Positions 1-9,748 of a stretch of DNA of 46,207 nt are shown one piece after another. The first letter of the stretch is position 1; each line of letters begins with the position of its first letter. This stretch comes from Deltaproteobacteria bacterium (lineage in GTDB: Bacteria; SAR324; NAC60-12), in the NCBI GenBank assembly GCA_038150265.1, contig JAYOTF010000026.1:1-46207 (forward strand), in the 5' to 3' direction. The translations under genes were made by a program, and so were the position numbers. The notes under the pieces are model-generated. The model searched no databases. It was not told the origin of the DNA and worked only from the letters and a program-made list of their open reading frames with translations.

Positions 1-654
1 GAAGTAGTCGTTCCAGATGAAGGTAAACTCCAGCACAGCCAGTGCGGCCAGTGCCGGACGCACCAGCGGCAGAATGACGCTCCAGTAGACCCGCCACTCG
101 GAGGCGCCATCGATGCGGGCACTTTCCACTAGCTCATGAGGCAGTTCCCGGATGAAGCCTCTCAGGAAGAAGGTGCAGAACCCCGTTTGAAACGCCGTGT
201 GAAAGAGAATCAGGCCCAGCTTGGTGTCATAGAGCCCCAGCTCCAGGGTCAGGTTCCGGACTGGAATCATCAGGATCTGGGCGGGGACAAAATTGCCGGC
301 AATGAACATCGCAAAGACCAGGAAATTCCCTGGGAAGCGGTGCTTCGCCAGCGAGTACCCCGCGAGGGAGCTCAGGGCCAGGGTGGCCAGAACCGTCGGC
401 AGCGTGATGACGAGGCTGTTGATGAAGTACTTCAGCATCGGAGTGGTGGCAAACACCTGGGTGTAGTTTTCCACCAGCGCCCACTGTTCCGGAACGCCCC
501 AGTAGTTGCCGGCATTGATGTCGGCAAGCGAGCGGGCAGACGTCAGCAGCACCCCCACCAGCGGAAGCAGCCACAGCGCCAGCATCACATAGAGCAGCAG
601 CCGGTAGCCCACTCGCGTGGTGGGGGCCGTCTGTTCAAGAGGAGTGGGGAACAT
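1..654 (-). CDS. Carbohydrate ABC transporter permease (MalG-like), runs off the window start
   Basis: Not in the ORF track. Manual translation from ATG at 654 gives MFPTPLEQ...LPHELVESARIDGASEWRVYWSVILPLVRPALAALAVLEFTFIWNDYF, with an EAA loop and the WNDY motif. ATGA overlap with the upstream permease. Confidence 0.93.
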   Translation of the reverse strand, partial: MFPTPLEQTAPTTRVGYRLLLYVMLALWLLPLVGVLLTSARSLADINAGNYWGVPEQWALVENYTQVFATTPMLKYFINSLVITLPTVLATLALSSLAGYSLAKHRFPGNFLVFAMFIAGNFVPAQILMIPVRNLTLELGLYDTKLGLILFHTAFQTGFCTFFLRGFIRELPHELVESARIDGASEWRVYWSVILPLVRPALAALAVLEFTFIWNDYF

Positions 655-1541
655 CAGAGCCTCCCTTTTTCGTTTTTCCAGAGCCGGATCAGGAACCAGG
701 CAATGTAGACATCAAGCAGCAGAAACAGAATGGTTGCCAGCGCTGCGCCGTACCCCATCCGGTAGTTGAAGATCGCCTGCTCCACCATCTCATACGCCAG
801 CACCGTGGAGCTTCCCCAGGGGCCGCCCTGCGTCATGATGGCAATGAGGTCGAAGCTCCGGAGGGCACCCAGCACCGAGACCACAATGGCAATGAAGGTC
901 GCGGGTCGTAGTTGCGGCAGCACCACGTTCCAGAACATCGCCCATCCCTTTGCTCCATCAATGCGTCCCGCTTCAATGACCTCCTTGTTGAGGCTGGCCA
1001 AACCCGTGATGTAGAGGATGAGGCAGTAGGCAATCTGGGGCCACATGGCGGCAGCAATGATTCCGTAACTGACGAGGTCCTCATTCGACAGCAGCGCCAG
1101 GGGTGAGGCGCCAATGGCCTTCAGGAAGAGATCGAGCAGGCCATACTTCGGGTTGTAAAACCAGGAAAAGACCAGCCCCACCACAACGGCGCTGACCACA
1201 AACGGGAAGAAGAACAGCGACTTGATGACCCGAAGTTCCAGCAGGTTCTGGTTCAGGAACAGCGCCAGCCCCAGGCTCAGAGGCGGAGCCAGCAAAAAGA
1301 AGACGAGCCAGAGGATGTTGTTCTGGACGGCGGTGATCACCCGCTCGTCTTCATACATTTCAAAGTAATTCGACAGCCCCACCCAGGTCATCTCTCCAAA
1401 GCCGTCCCACTCGTGCAGGCTGATCCAGAGGCTGGAGAGGATGGGGTGGATGACGTAAACGACAAACAGCAAGAAGGCGGGAGCCAGAAAGAAGACGGGA
1501 GCCAGACGCAATTGGTTGCGTTCCCAGAAGCTGAGTTGCAT
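654..1541 (-). CDS. Carbohydrate ABC transporter permease (MalF-like)
   Basis: Multiple TM segments, EAA motif EAGRIDGA, TQGGP, and GYGAALA C-terminal signature. Confidence 0.95.
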   Translation of the reverse strand: MQLSFWERNQLRLAPVFFLAPAFLLFVVYVIHPILSSLWISLHEWDGFGEMTWVGLSNYFEMYEDERVITAVQNNILWLVFFLLAPPLSLGLALFLNQNLLELRVIKSLFFFPFVVSAVVVGLVFSWFYNPKYGLLDLFLKAIGASPLALLSNEDLVSYGIIAAAMWPQIAYCLILYITGLASLNKEVIEAGRIDGAKGWAMFWNVVLPQLRPATFIAIVVSVLGALRSFDLIAIMTQGGPWGSSTVLAYEMVEQAIFNYRMGYGAALATILFLLLDVYIAWFLIRLWKNEKGRL

Positions 1542-1573
1542 GAAGCGCGTTTTCGGAAAGTCAGGGAGGAAGG

Positions 1574-1630
1574 AGGGGCTCCGCAGAGCCCCTTTCGGCC
1601 CCTCGCTTCAGGGAGTGCCTGGGCGAGGGA
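1574..1630 (-). terminator. Two tandem GC-rich hairpins after the substrate-binding protein gene (mRNA stabiliser or partial terminator)
   Basis: AGGGGCTC-cgca-GAGCCCCT (1574-1593) and CCCCTCGC...GCGAGGGG (1599-1630). No strong U-tract. Confidence 0.55.
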
Positions 1631-1638
1631 AGCGTGAC

Positions 1639-2859
1639 TTACTTGAAGATGCGCTGGCGCGCCTTGTCGATGCGGGCACGGATCTGCTTCTCGCGCTCAG
1701 GCTTCACCATGAACTCCTGGAAGCCCTTCATGCCTTCCTTGGCCATTTCCGGAGTGGTGTCGCGGTCATAGAACTGAGCCAGCCCTGCTGATTCGCTCAG
1801 GACCTTGAAGCCGATCTTGAGGAAGCGGTCGGAGGGCTCCGGGGCCTGCGAGTTCGGAGGCAGGTTGCCGATGGAGGTGGCCACCTCGTTGTTGATGTCG
1901 GCCCGAGCCACAAAGGCCAGGAAGCGCTTGGCATCCGCCTTGTTCTTTGCCTTGGCAGGAATGTGCAGGGTATCGGTCGGCGCCTCTTCGTAGGTCCGGA
2001 CATCGGCATTGATCACCGGGAACTGGAAGTACCCGGTTTGGTCGGCCACGCCGGCATCTTCCAGGCTGGGCACAATGAAGTTGCCGATCAGGTACATGGC
2101 GGCTTCTCCATTGATCATCGGAGCCTGAGCTTCCTGCCAGGAGAAGGTGGCATGGTTCTCCAGGAAGTACCCCTTGCGGGCCATGTCTCCCCAGATCTCG
2201 AAGACCCGATCCAGCCGTGGGTCCTCATAGGAGGCCTTGCCATCCATCAGGTCCATGTGGAAGTCCATGCCGTTCACACGCAGGTTGAGGAAGTCGAACC
2301 AGCCGGCAGCCGTCCACAGGTACTTGGTGCCAATCGTGACCGGGGTCACCCCGTTCTGCTTGAGGGTCTCGCAGATGTTCATGAAGTCCGCCCAGGTCCG
2401 GGGCTCGCCCAGTCCGTACTTGGCAAAGATGTCCTTGCGGTAGTACACGCCCCACTGGTAGTACGCGTAAGGCACACCGTACTGCTTGCCGCTCACATTC
2501 AGAGCCGAGGCGGTGGAGGCCATGTTGTTGTAGAGGTTGTTGTCCTTCCAGACGTCACTGACGTCCTCAAACAGCCCCTGATCGACAAAGAACTTCATGC
2601 GGTTTCCGGCAAACCAGGTCACGACATCTGGCGGATCGGCCTGCAGGAAGTTCCGGATGGCCGTCTTGTAGGCCTCATGGTCGAAGATGTTCAGTTCCAC
2701 ATCCACATCCGGATTTTCCTTCTCAAAGTCGGCAACCAGCTTCTCAAAGGCCTGCTTGGGTGCCGGGTCGGAGGTGTTTGCGTTGATGACGAGTTTCCCG
2801 GCCAAAGCGGGGGACGCAGCCAGCACAGCTGACGCGAAGAGGGTCATGAAGCGTTTCAT
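1639..2859 (-). CDS. Sugar ABC transporter substrate-binding protein (family 1)
   Basis: Start moved to MKRFMTLFASAVLAASPALA (signal peptide, GGAG Shine-Dalgarno upstream). Motifs PPDVVTW, GKQYGVPY, GVYYRKDIF, GEAAMYLIG. Confidence 0.93.
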   Translation of the reverse strand: MKRFMTLFASAVLAASPALAGKLVINANTSDPAPKQAFEKLVADFEKENPDVDVELNIFDHEAYKTAIRNFLQADPPDVVTWFAGNRMKFFVDQGLFEDVSDVWKDNNLYNNMASTASALNVSGKQYGVPYAYYQWGVYYRKDIFAKYGLGEPRTWADFMNICETLKQNGVTPVTIGTKYLWTAAGWFDFLNLRVNGMDFHMDLMDGKASYEDPRLDRVFEIWGDMARKGYFLENHATFSWQEAQAPMINGEAAMYLIGNFIVPSLEDAGVADQTGYFQFPVINADVRTYEEAPTDTLHIPAKAKNKADAKRFLAFVARADINNEVATSIGNLPPNSQAPEPSDRFLKIGFKVLSESAGLAQFYDRDTTPEMAKEGMKGFQEFMVKPEREKQIRARIDKARQRIFK

Positions 2860-3015
2860 GCTATTTCTCCCTTTGGTTACAAAAAACGAGGCCAAGCCTC
2901 AGGAAATTCTCGATGCGAGAATAAAAATGTTCCTGCAAACCAGCGATGCTGTCAAATAAAGATTCCGATTTCTCAGTCTCCGCAGCAGCAGATGCAGCGG
3001 TTTGCTCCTCCAGCA

Positions 3016-4023
3016 TCATGAGCGTTCCCGGAATTCCGGAGTGTGGAGGATCTGCAGCGCCTCGGCAGATTCGCCCTCCAGACGCCTCAACAGCAGGCGG
3101 CAGAGTTGCTCACCCGCCAACTCGAGCGAGGAGTGATAGGCGTTGATGCGGGGGTTGTTGAACTCCAGGTAGTTGGTCCCCTCAAACGCAATCAGGTCGA
3201 GGTCCCGGGCCAGGGTCATTCCGGACACACGCATCTCTTCCAGGATGCCAAGGGTCGTGGAAACGCCAGGGGATAGGATCGCAGAGGGAGGGTCCGGAAG
3301 GCTCCGGAACTGCCGGAAGATCGTCCGGCCGGCTTCAAACGACAGCTCGGATGAGATCACCAGCGACTCGTCAAACGCCTGCCCGCTCTCTGCCAGGGCC
3401 TGCCGGTACCCCATCAGGCGGTGCCCGGTGTAGTTCAGACTCTCTGGCGGGTTGATCAAGGCAATGCGCTGGTGCCCCTGCTTTTGCAGGCGCAGGCAGG
3501 ATTCGTGGGTGATGTGCTCGTGGCGGACATCGAAGTACGGGTGCGGCGTAAACAACTCGGTTCGACCGAAGCTGACGAAGGGGAAGTCGTGTTCCAGCAG
3601 GTACTTGGCGCGCAGGTCCTGCCCCCGGGTTTGCCCAATGATGACCCCGTCAGCCAACTGCCCTTCCACAATGCGCTGGATGGGCTTGAGGAAGTCTTCA
3701 TGCGTCAGGCGAGGCTGAATGCTCAGTGTGTACGGCGTCTCTTCCAGTGCCCGGATGATGCCCTGGCAGTAGAACATGAACCCCATTGCCGGGAAGGCGC
3801 TTTGAGGCTCCGGAGAGAGAATCAGCGAAATGGTGTGCGTCCGCCCTGTTCGCAACGACAGCCCACTCTGGTGCGGAATGTACCCCACCGAGTTGGCCAC
3901 CTCCTTCACACGCGCAATGGTCTCTGGGCGAACCTCCGGGCCGTTCTTGAGCGCTCGGGAGACCGTCGTCACCGACAGCCCCAGCTCCTGGGCAACGGTT
4001 TTCAGAGTCGCTCGCTTCATCAT
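3016..4023 (-). CDS. LacI-family transcriptional regulator
   Basis: N-terminal HTH ATLKTVAQELGLSVTTVSRAL, hinge SLRTGRTHTI and a periplasmic-binding-like core. Start taken at MMKRATLK; the longer track ORF overlaps the halogenase. Confidence 0.95.
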   Translation of the reverse strand: MMKRATLKTVAQELGLSVTTVSRALKNGPEVRPETIARVKEVANSVGYIPHQSGLSLRTGRTHTISLILSPEPQSAFPAMGFMFYCQGIIRALEETPYTLSIQPRLTHEDFLKPIQRIVEGQLADGVIIGQTRGQDLRAKYLLEHDFPFVSFGRTELFTPHPYFDVRHEHITHESCLRLQKQGHQRIALINPPESLNYTGHRLMGYRQALAESGQAFDESLVISSELSFEAGRTIFRQFRSLPDPPSAILSPGVSTTLGILEEMRVSGMTLARDLDLIAFEGTNYLEFNNPRINAYHSSLELAGEQLCRLLLRRLEGESAEALQILHTPEFRERS

Positions 4024-4072
4024 CGGAAAACGCAGGGATCGGATTCTCTGGAAAAGGGGCGCAGAAGAAGCA

Positions 4073-5599
4073 TCAGGAGGAGGGAGTGAGGGAATTGAGC
4101 CACTGTCGATGCGGAAGCGCCTGGGCCGCCACCGCCTGGGCCTGCTGATGCAGGTAGGCCACCGTGTCTCGTGCAAAGGCCCGAAGCCGGGGTTGCTGAT
4201 CCATCTGGGCCTGGGCGACCTGCCGGTTCAGCAGTCCGAGGCCGTCCAGCACCGGGTAGTGGAGCAGTTCTTCCACATGCGGCAGCCCGTTCAGGTCGTT
4301 CCGGAAGTCTTCGGCACCAGGCATTTTGGTTTGCCAGAGCGCCAACCGTTCTCGGGTGCTGGGCTGAATGTACTGCTCAGCCACATCCTTCCAAAAGGGG
4401 CTGTCTCTTCGTTCTGAAACGTAGTGCAGGTTGATGAAGTCTCGGAAGTCATCGACCTGCTGCGCAATGGCGGCGTTGTAACGAGCCTGGCCTGACGCAT
4501 CCGGATGCTGAAGGGCATCCAGGTGCTGCTGCACAAACAGCAACAGGGCCACCACCGTGCCATGAATGGAGGTCGCCTCCAGGGGTTCCAGAAAGCTCGA
4601 GGCCAGCCCCAGTGCCAGCACGTTCCCCGCCCACGTCTGCTGCAAGCGTCCGGCATCAATCGGGATGTCCTTGCGGGGCTCGATCTTCTGTCCCAGTACC
4701 GACTCGATCTCCGCCTGAGCCTGGTCAGGAGAAAGGTGGCGGTCGGAGTAAACGTACCCGCAGCCGAGGCGTTCCTGGGTCGGGATCTGCCACATCCACC
4801 CGGCCTTCTGAGCCCAGGCATGGGTGTAGGTCGGCAGTTCCTGATCTGGAGCCAGCTCCAGCCAGAACGGCATCGCCCGGTTAACGGGCAACACGTCTCC
4901 ATAGCGCACCCACTCCACGCCCATGATCTGCTGAATCAAGGTCCGCGCAAACCCGGTGCAGTCCAGGAAGAAGTCTCCGTTCAGGGTCCGTCCATCCTGC
5001 AGGTGCAGGGTCCGGAGGTGCCCGGTCTCGGGATCCCGATCGCCTCCTTGCACCAAACCGTCAATGACCGTCACCCCACTGGCACGGGACCGCAAGTAGG
5101 CGCCGACCTTGGCCTGATCAAAGTGATAGGCGTGGTGAAACTGACTCACCGGAACCTGCCGCTGCTGCACCTGGGCAACCGGGGCCTTGTTTCCGGACAT
5201 GAGGGCGCTGAAGACGTGGGACCGGGTGACCGAGCGCCCTGCAGCCACACAGAAGGTATCAATCCAGGAGCCCGCCTCCGGAATCCGATCGGTCAGGGCG
5301 TACGGGTCATCGATGGGACCATCATAGAAGTGCCCCAGCCTCCGCCAGTCCCGGTGCCGGATGCCATACTTGATGGTCGCATCCGTCTGGGCCAGGAAGT
5401 CGGCCTCCTCCAGGCCGAGCCCCTGCAGCACCCCGCCAAAGATGGAGGTGGTTCCTTCTCCCACCCCAATGGTGGGGACCGCAGAGCTTTCCACCAGGGT
5501 GATGGCAAGGGGCAGATGCTGCTGCTCGGCGGTGCTTTGCAGCATCAGGGCCGCCAGCCAGCCAGCTGTTCCGCCCCCGACAATGACGAGTTGACTCAT
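4073..5599 (-). CDS. Flavin-dependent halogenase (tryptophan halogenase family)
   Basis: FAD-binding GGGTAGW, IGVGEGT, catalytic-Lys region ATIKYGI, DCTGF, WxWxIP motif (WMWQIP) and FLEPLEATSI. Confidence 0.93.
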   Translation of the reverse strand: MSQLVIVGGGTAGWLAALMLQSTAEQQHLPLAITLVESSAVPTIGVGEGTTSIFGGVLQGLGLEEADFLAQTDATIKYGIRHRDWRRLGHFYDGPIDDPYALTDRIPEAGSWIDTFCVAAGRSVTRSHVFSALMSGNKAPVAQVQQRQVPVSQFHHAYHFDQAKVGAYLRSRASGVTVIDGLVQGGDRDPETGHLRTLHLQDGRTLNGDFFLDCTGFARTLIQQIMGVEWVRYGDVLPVNRAMPFWLELAPDQELPTYTHAWAQKAGWMWQIPTQERLGCGYVYSDRHLSPDQAQAEIESVLGQKIEPRKDIPIDAGRLQQTWAGNVLALGLASSFLEPLEATSIHGTVVALLLFVQQHLDALQHPDASGQARYNAAIAQQVDDFRDFINLHYVSERRDSPFWKDVAEQYIQPSTRERLALWQTKMPGAEDFRNDLNGLPHVEELLHYPVLDGLGLLNRQVAQAQMDQQPRLRAFARDTVAYLHQQAQAVAAQALPHRQWLNSLTPSS

Positions 5600-5635
5600 G
5601 AGGTCAGGGGGTTCCGTTTGACAAAAAGCTCCGGC

Positions 5636-6991
5636 TTATGCCTGAGTCCAGGCGGGCAGCCAGTCCTTGTGGGCGACAATCAGTTCGTCCATCAACTCCC
5701 AGATCTGGTCCAGGTCCAGCTCCGCTCCGGTGTGGGGATCCATCATGGCCGCATGATAGATGTGCTCCCGGTTTTCCGTCAGCAGCGCCTGAACCGTCAG
5801 CTCCTGGACGTTCACATTGGAGCGGATGATCGCCGTCAGCTGAGGAGGCAGCGACGCAATGCGGGTCGGCTGAATGCCATTGCGGTCCACCAGGCAGGGG
5901 ACCTCCACCGCGCAGCCTTCCGGAAGCGCCGTGATGTAGCCACGATTGGCCACATTACCATAGATCACACTGGGGGTTCCGGTCCAGACCGAGTTGACGA
6001 TTTCAGACGCATACTCGACGGAATTCGGAATGTCGATCTTGTCTGCATTCTTGTACTCCTCCAGTTCATCCTCCCAGCGGGCGATCTGCTCCACGCAGCG
6101 CTTGGGGTACTCGTCCAGCGGAATGCCAAAGCGTTCAATGAGGTCCTCGCGTCCGGACTTGATGAACCAGGGAACGTACTCGGCAAAGTGCTCGGAGCTT
6201 TCGGTGGCAAAGTAGCCCAGGCGCTTCATCATTTCATACCGGACCTTGTTGGGGCAACGCGGGTTCCAGCTGCTTTCCGGACGCGGGTAGGTCCCGTCTC
6301 GGTAGCCCTTCTGCAGATCCGGATACAGGTCGCGGTAGGTGCCGTCTTCCATGACCTCCTCAAAGCGGAGGAAGTAGGAGACGTGGTTGATGCCCGCGGA
6401 GAGGTAGCGGATCTTGCTGATCGGAAGCTGCAGGTCACTGGCCAGCTCCTGAGCCGTGTGCTGCACGGAGTGGCAGAGCCCCACCTGCTTGATCTGAGGG
6501 AACTTGGCCGTGATGGCCCAGGTGTTGATCGCCATCGGGTTGACGTACTGGAGCATCAGCGCATTCGGGCAGACCTCCAGCATGTCCTCACACACCGACC
6601 ACAGGTGCGGAACCGTTCGCAGGCCCCGCATGATGCCGCCCACGCCCAGGGTGTCGGCAATGGTCTGACGCAGGCCATACTTCTTCGGGACCTCAAAGTC
6701 CGTCACCGTCGCAGGCTCATACCCTCCAATCTGGAAGGCCATGACCACAAAGTCTGCGCCCTGCAGGGCTTCCTTCTGGTTCGTATGCAGGGAGTGCGTG
6801 GCGCCCACGCCCAGTGACGAAACGAGTTTGTTGAGCACAATCTCGCTTTCGCTCAGGCGCTTTTCATCAATGTCCATCAGAGCGATGTGGCTCTCCTTCA
6901 GAGCGTCTCGCTGCAGGATGTCCCCAACGATGTTTTTCATGAACACCGTCGAGCCGGCTCCAATGAATGTGATTTTCGGTTGATTCCGCAT
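5636..6991 (-). CDS. melA: NAD+/Mn2+-dependent alpha-galactosidase, glycoside hydrolase family 4
   Basis: KITFIGAGSTVF, QTIADTLGVGGIMRGLRT, YVNPMA, GLCHSVQ, AGINH and TESSEHFAEYVPWF are MelA/GH4 signatures. Confidence 0.95.
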   Translation of the reverse strand: MRNQPKITFIGAGSTVFMKNIVGDILQRDALKESHIALMDIDEKRLSESEIVLNKLVSSLGVGATHSLHTNQKEALQGADFVVMAFQIGGYEPATVTDFEVPKKYGLRQTIADTLGVGGIMRGLRTVPHLWSVCEDMLEVCPNALMLQYVNPMAINTWAITAKFPQIKQVGLCHSVQHTAQELASDLQLPISKIRYLSAGINHVSYFLRFEEVMEDGTYRDLYPDLQKGYRDGTYPRPESSWNPRCPNKVRYEMMKRLGYFATESSEHFAEYVPWFIKSGREDLIERFGIPLDEYPKRCVEQIARWEDELEEYKNADKIDIPNSVEYASEIVNSVWTGTPSVIYGNVANRGYITALPEGCAVEVPCLVDRNGIQPTRIASLPPQLTAIIRSNVNVQELTVQALLTENREHIYHAAMMDPHTGAELDLDQIWELMDELIVAHKDWLPAWTQA

Positions 6992-7016
6992 AGCTTCCGT
7001 ACTTCAAGAAAAGGGG

Positions 7017-8630
7017 TTAAGTGCTCACCACTTCAAAAGCGGCCTTCACCAATCGTTTGGTGTACTCCGTTTGGGGATTTTCCAGGATCGCTCCTGTTGG
7101 ACCTGCCTCCACCACGTTGCCCTGTTGCATCACAATCACATTGTGACACAGGGCCCGGACGACTTTCAGGTCATGACTGATGAACATGTAGCTCAGGTTG
7201 TGCTTGGCTCGCAGCTCCCGGAGCAGGTCAATGATCTGTGCCTGAATGGAAAGGTCGAGGGCTGACGTCGGCTCATCGAGCAAGATCAGGTCGGGCTTCA
7301 TCACCAGGGCCCGCGCGATCGCCAGCCGCTGCCGCTGCCCTCCGGAAAACTCATGAGGAAAGCGCTGCATGACGTCGCGTGGCATCTGAACATCATCCAG
7401 GGCCTGCGCCACCATCTCTTCTCGCTCCCTGGCCGAGGCTCCGATGTTGTTCACAATCAGCCCCTCCTCAATGATCTGCTGAATGATCATCCGCGGGTTG
7501 AGGGAAGAGAAGGGGTCCTGAAACACCACCTGAATGCGGGGACGCAGCGGACGCATCTGCTTGCGAGACAGGCCATCCAGGCGCTGCCCATCAAACGTGA
7601 TCGTGCCCTCGCCCTCTTCTCCCAGGCGAATCATTGCCATGCCCAGCGTCGTTTTGCCCGATCCGGACTCGCCGACAATCCCCAGGGTTTCTCCGCGGCG
7701 GATGGTGCAGGAGATGTTGTTGACCGCCACCAGGTCCGCATACTTGCGATTGAAGAAGCCTCCGAAGGCAATGCGGAAGGCAATGCGGATGTCCTTCGCC
7801 GTCATCAGCGGCGCCGCCTGCTCGTCCAAGGGGTCCGGACGTCCCTTCGGCTCGCTGGCGAGCAGGTGCCGGGTGTACGGATGCTGCGGGTTCGTGAACA
7901 CCTCCTTGGTGTGGCCACGCTCCACGATCTCTCCGTAACGCATCACCACAACGGTATCCGATGTCTTTTCCACCACCGTCAGGTCATGCGTGATCAGGAT
8001 GACCGCCATGTTGTGGCTCTTCTGCAGCGCCTTCAGCAGCGACAGGATCTCCGCCTGCACCGTCACATCCAGCGCCGTGGTGGGCTCATCGGCAATCAGC
8101 AGGTCTGGCTTGTTGGCCAGTGCCATCGCAATCATCACCCGCTGCCGCTGGCCACCGGACATCTCATGCGGGTACTGGCTCAACCGGGCTTCCGGATCAG
8201 GCAGCTGCACCTCCTCAAACAGGCGAAGCACCTCCTCCATGGCCTGCTGACGCGGCATTGGCCGGTGCGTCAGGATCACCTCGGCCACCTGATCGCCCAC
8301 CCGGTACACCGGATTCAGCGAGGTCAGGGGCTCCTGAAAGATCATGGCAATGCGGTTCCCCCGGATCTTCTGCATCTGCAGTTCCGAGAAGGTCGAAATG
8401 TCTTCTCCATCAAACCAGATCTTGCAGTCCTTTCCCACCCGAGCATTCTCTGCCAGCATCGACATGATGGCACGAGCCGTCACGGATTTCCCAGACCCCG
8501 ACTCTCCCACCACGGCCAGCGTCTCTCCGCGTGCCACCTGGTACGACAGCCCCCGGACCGCGTTCACCGTTCCGCTCACCGTCTTGAAGTCGACGACGAC
8601 GTTTTCAATTTTCAGCAGAGGTTCAGTCAT
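7017..8630 (-). CDS. ABC transporter ATP-binding protein with two fused NBDs (AgpD/OppDF-like)
   Basis: Two Walker A motifs ([16 protein letters not shown]), two SGGQRQR signatures and DEPT motifs. Start taken at MTEPLLKIE. Confidence 0.95.
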   Translation of the reverse strand: MTEPLLKIENVVVDFKTVSGTVNAVRGLSYQVARGETLAVVGESGSGKSVTARAIMSMLAENARVGKDCKIWFDGEDISTFSELQMQKIRGNRIAMIFQEPLTSLNPVYRVGDQVAEVILTHRPMPRQQAMEEVLRLFEEVQLPDPEARLSQYPHEMSGGQRQRVMIAMALANKPDLLIADEPTTALDVTVQAEILSLLKALQKSHNMAVILITHDLTVVEKTSDTVVVMRYGEIVERGHTKEVFTNPQHPYTRHLLASEPKGRPDPLDEQAAPLMTAKDIRIAFRIAFGGFFNRKYADLVAVNNISCTIRRGETLGIVGESGSGKTTLGMAMIRLGEEGEGTITFDGQRLDGLSRKQMRPLRPRIQVVFQDPFSSLNPRMIIQQIIEEGLIVNNIGASAREREEMVAQALDDVQMPRDVMQRFPHEFSGGQRQRLAIARALVMKPDLILLDEPTSALDLSIQAQIIDLLRELRAKHNLSYMFISHDLKVVRALCHNVIVMQQGNVVEAGPTGAILENPQTEYTKRLVKAAFEVVST

Positions 8631-9738
8631 TGGAATAAGGGTCCATAGCGTCGCGTAATCCGTCTCCGAGCGCGTTGAAGGCCAGCACCGACACCACAAT
8701 CATGCCCACGGGTGCCATCAGCCACGGTGCTGCGGCAAAGGATTGAAAGTCCCGGACCTGATTCAGCATGGTCCCCCAGCTCACCATTGGCGCCTGGACG
8801 CCCACGCCGAGGAACGACAGGAAGCTCTCCAGCAGGATCACTTCCGGAAGCTGATACGTGGCCCAGACGATGATGTGAGACGACGTGTTGGGGATGATGT
8901 GCCGGCTGATGATGCGCTGATCCGACGCTCCCACGGCCACAGCGGCCCGGACGTATTCCATGGAGCGGATCGAAATCACCTTCCCCCTCAGCTCCCGAGA
9001 CAGATCCGCCCAGCGCAGCAGCACCAGAATCGCGGCAAACATGATGAAGATGCTGACGGGCTCCGCTCGCCGGGGCAAAATGGCCACCAACGCCAGGTAA
9101 AGCGGGAGGTCCGGAAATGATTTCACAAACTCGACCAGCCGCTGCACCACCATGTCAAAGGCCCCGCCAAAGTAACCGGAAGAGACCCCCACCACCGTGC
9201 CGATGATGCAGGAGATCAGCATCACCAACACGCCCATCAGGAGCGTGATCCGGGTGCCTTCGATCATCCGAGACGCCACGTCGCGTCCGAGGGAATCGGT
9301 TCCCAGGAAGTGCACAAACCCACCGTCTTTTGTGCCCAGCAGGCGGGTTCGGAACTCCAGGCCAAACAGCGTCCAGGGGTCGCCCTCCACCAGGAAGTAC
9401 AACTCGTTCCGGATCGACTCATCAGGCACAAAGGTGATCTCATACGTGATGGGGTCCATGTCTTCACGGAATCCCAGCACGTACGGGCGGGTCAAGCTGC
9501 CATCGGTGTCAAAAATCCGGATGCTCTGTGGCGGAGAGTAAATGGCTGCGCGGTCCTTGGTTTCCGCGGCATACGGAGAGATGAACCCGGAAAAGACCGC
9601 CGAGGCCAGAATGAAGAGGCACCCGATCAGCCCGATGACTCCGTAGCGGTTGTGAAAGAACCGGCGACGGACCAGCTGCCAGTACGAAAGGTGGTTCGCG
9701 GCCGTGACCGCTTCGGCGTTTTGATTCAGATCGCTCAT
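8623..9738 (-). CDS. Peptide-family ABC permease (OppC/AgpC-like)
   Basis: SYWQLVRRRF N-terminus, LGTDSLGRD, EAA-like loop, LAFNALGDGLRDAMDP. Confidence 0.94.
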   Translation of the reverse strand: MSDLNQNAEAVTAANHLSYWQLVRRRFFHNRYGVIGLIGCLFILASAVFSGFISPYAAETKDRAAIYSPPQSIRIFDTDGSLTRPYVLGFREDMDPITYEITFVPDESIRNELYFLVEGDPWTLFGLEFRTRLLGTKDGGFVHFLGTDSLGRDVASRMIEGTRITLLMGVLVMLISCIIGTVVGVSSGYFGGAFDMVVQRLVEFVKSFPDLPLYLALVAILPRRAEPVSIFIMFAAILVLLRWADLSRELRGKVISIRSMEYVRAAVAVGASDQRIISRHIIPNTSSHIIVWATYQLPEVILLESFLSFLGVGVQAPMVSWGTMLNQVRDFQSFAAAPWLMAPVGMIVVSVLAFNALGDGLRDAMDPYSND

Positions 9739-9748
9739 GCTGCCGTCC

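Noticed and set aside
4024..4176. N-terminal extension of LacI in the track (similar over-long starts at 2895, 8699, 23731, 29878, 35789)
   Set aside because: These overlap neighbouring genes or precede the conserved N-terminal motifs; downstream starts fit better.
4505..6817. 770-aa plus-strand ORF, and similar long antisense ORFs (10978..12993, 18917..20872, 22115..23701, 34455..35798, 44054..45535)
   Set aside because: They are shadows of well-supported minus-strand genes. High GC codon bias removes antisense stops, and the translations show no recognisable motifs.
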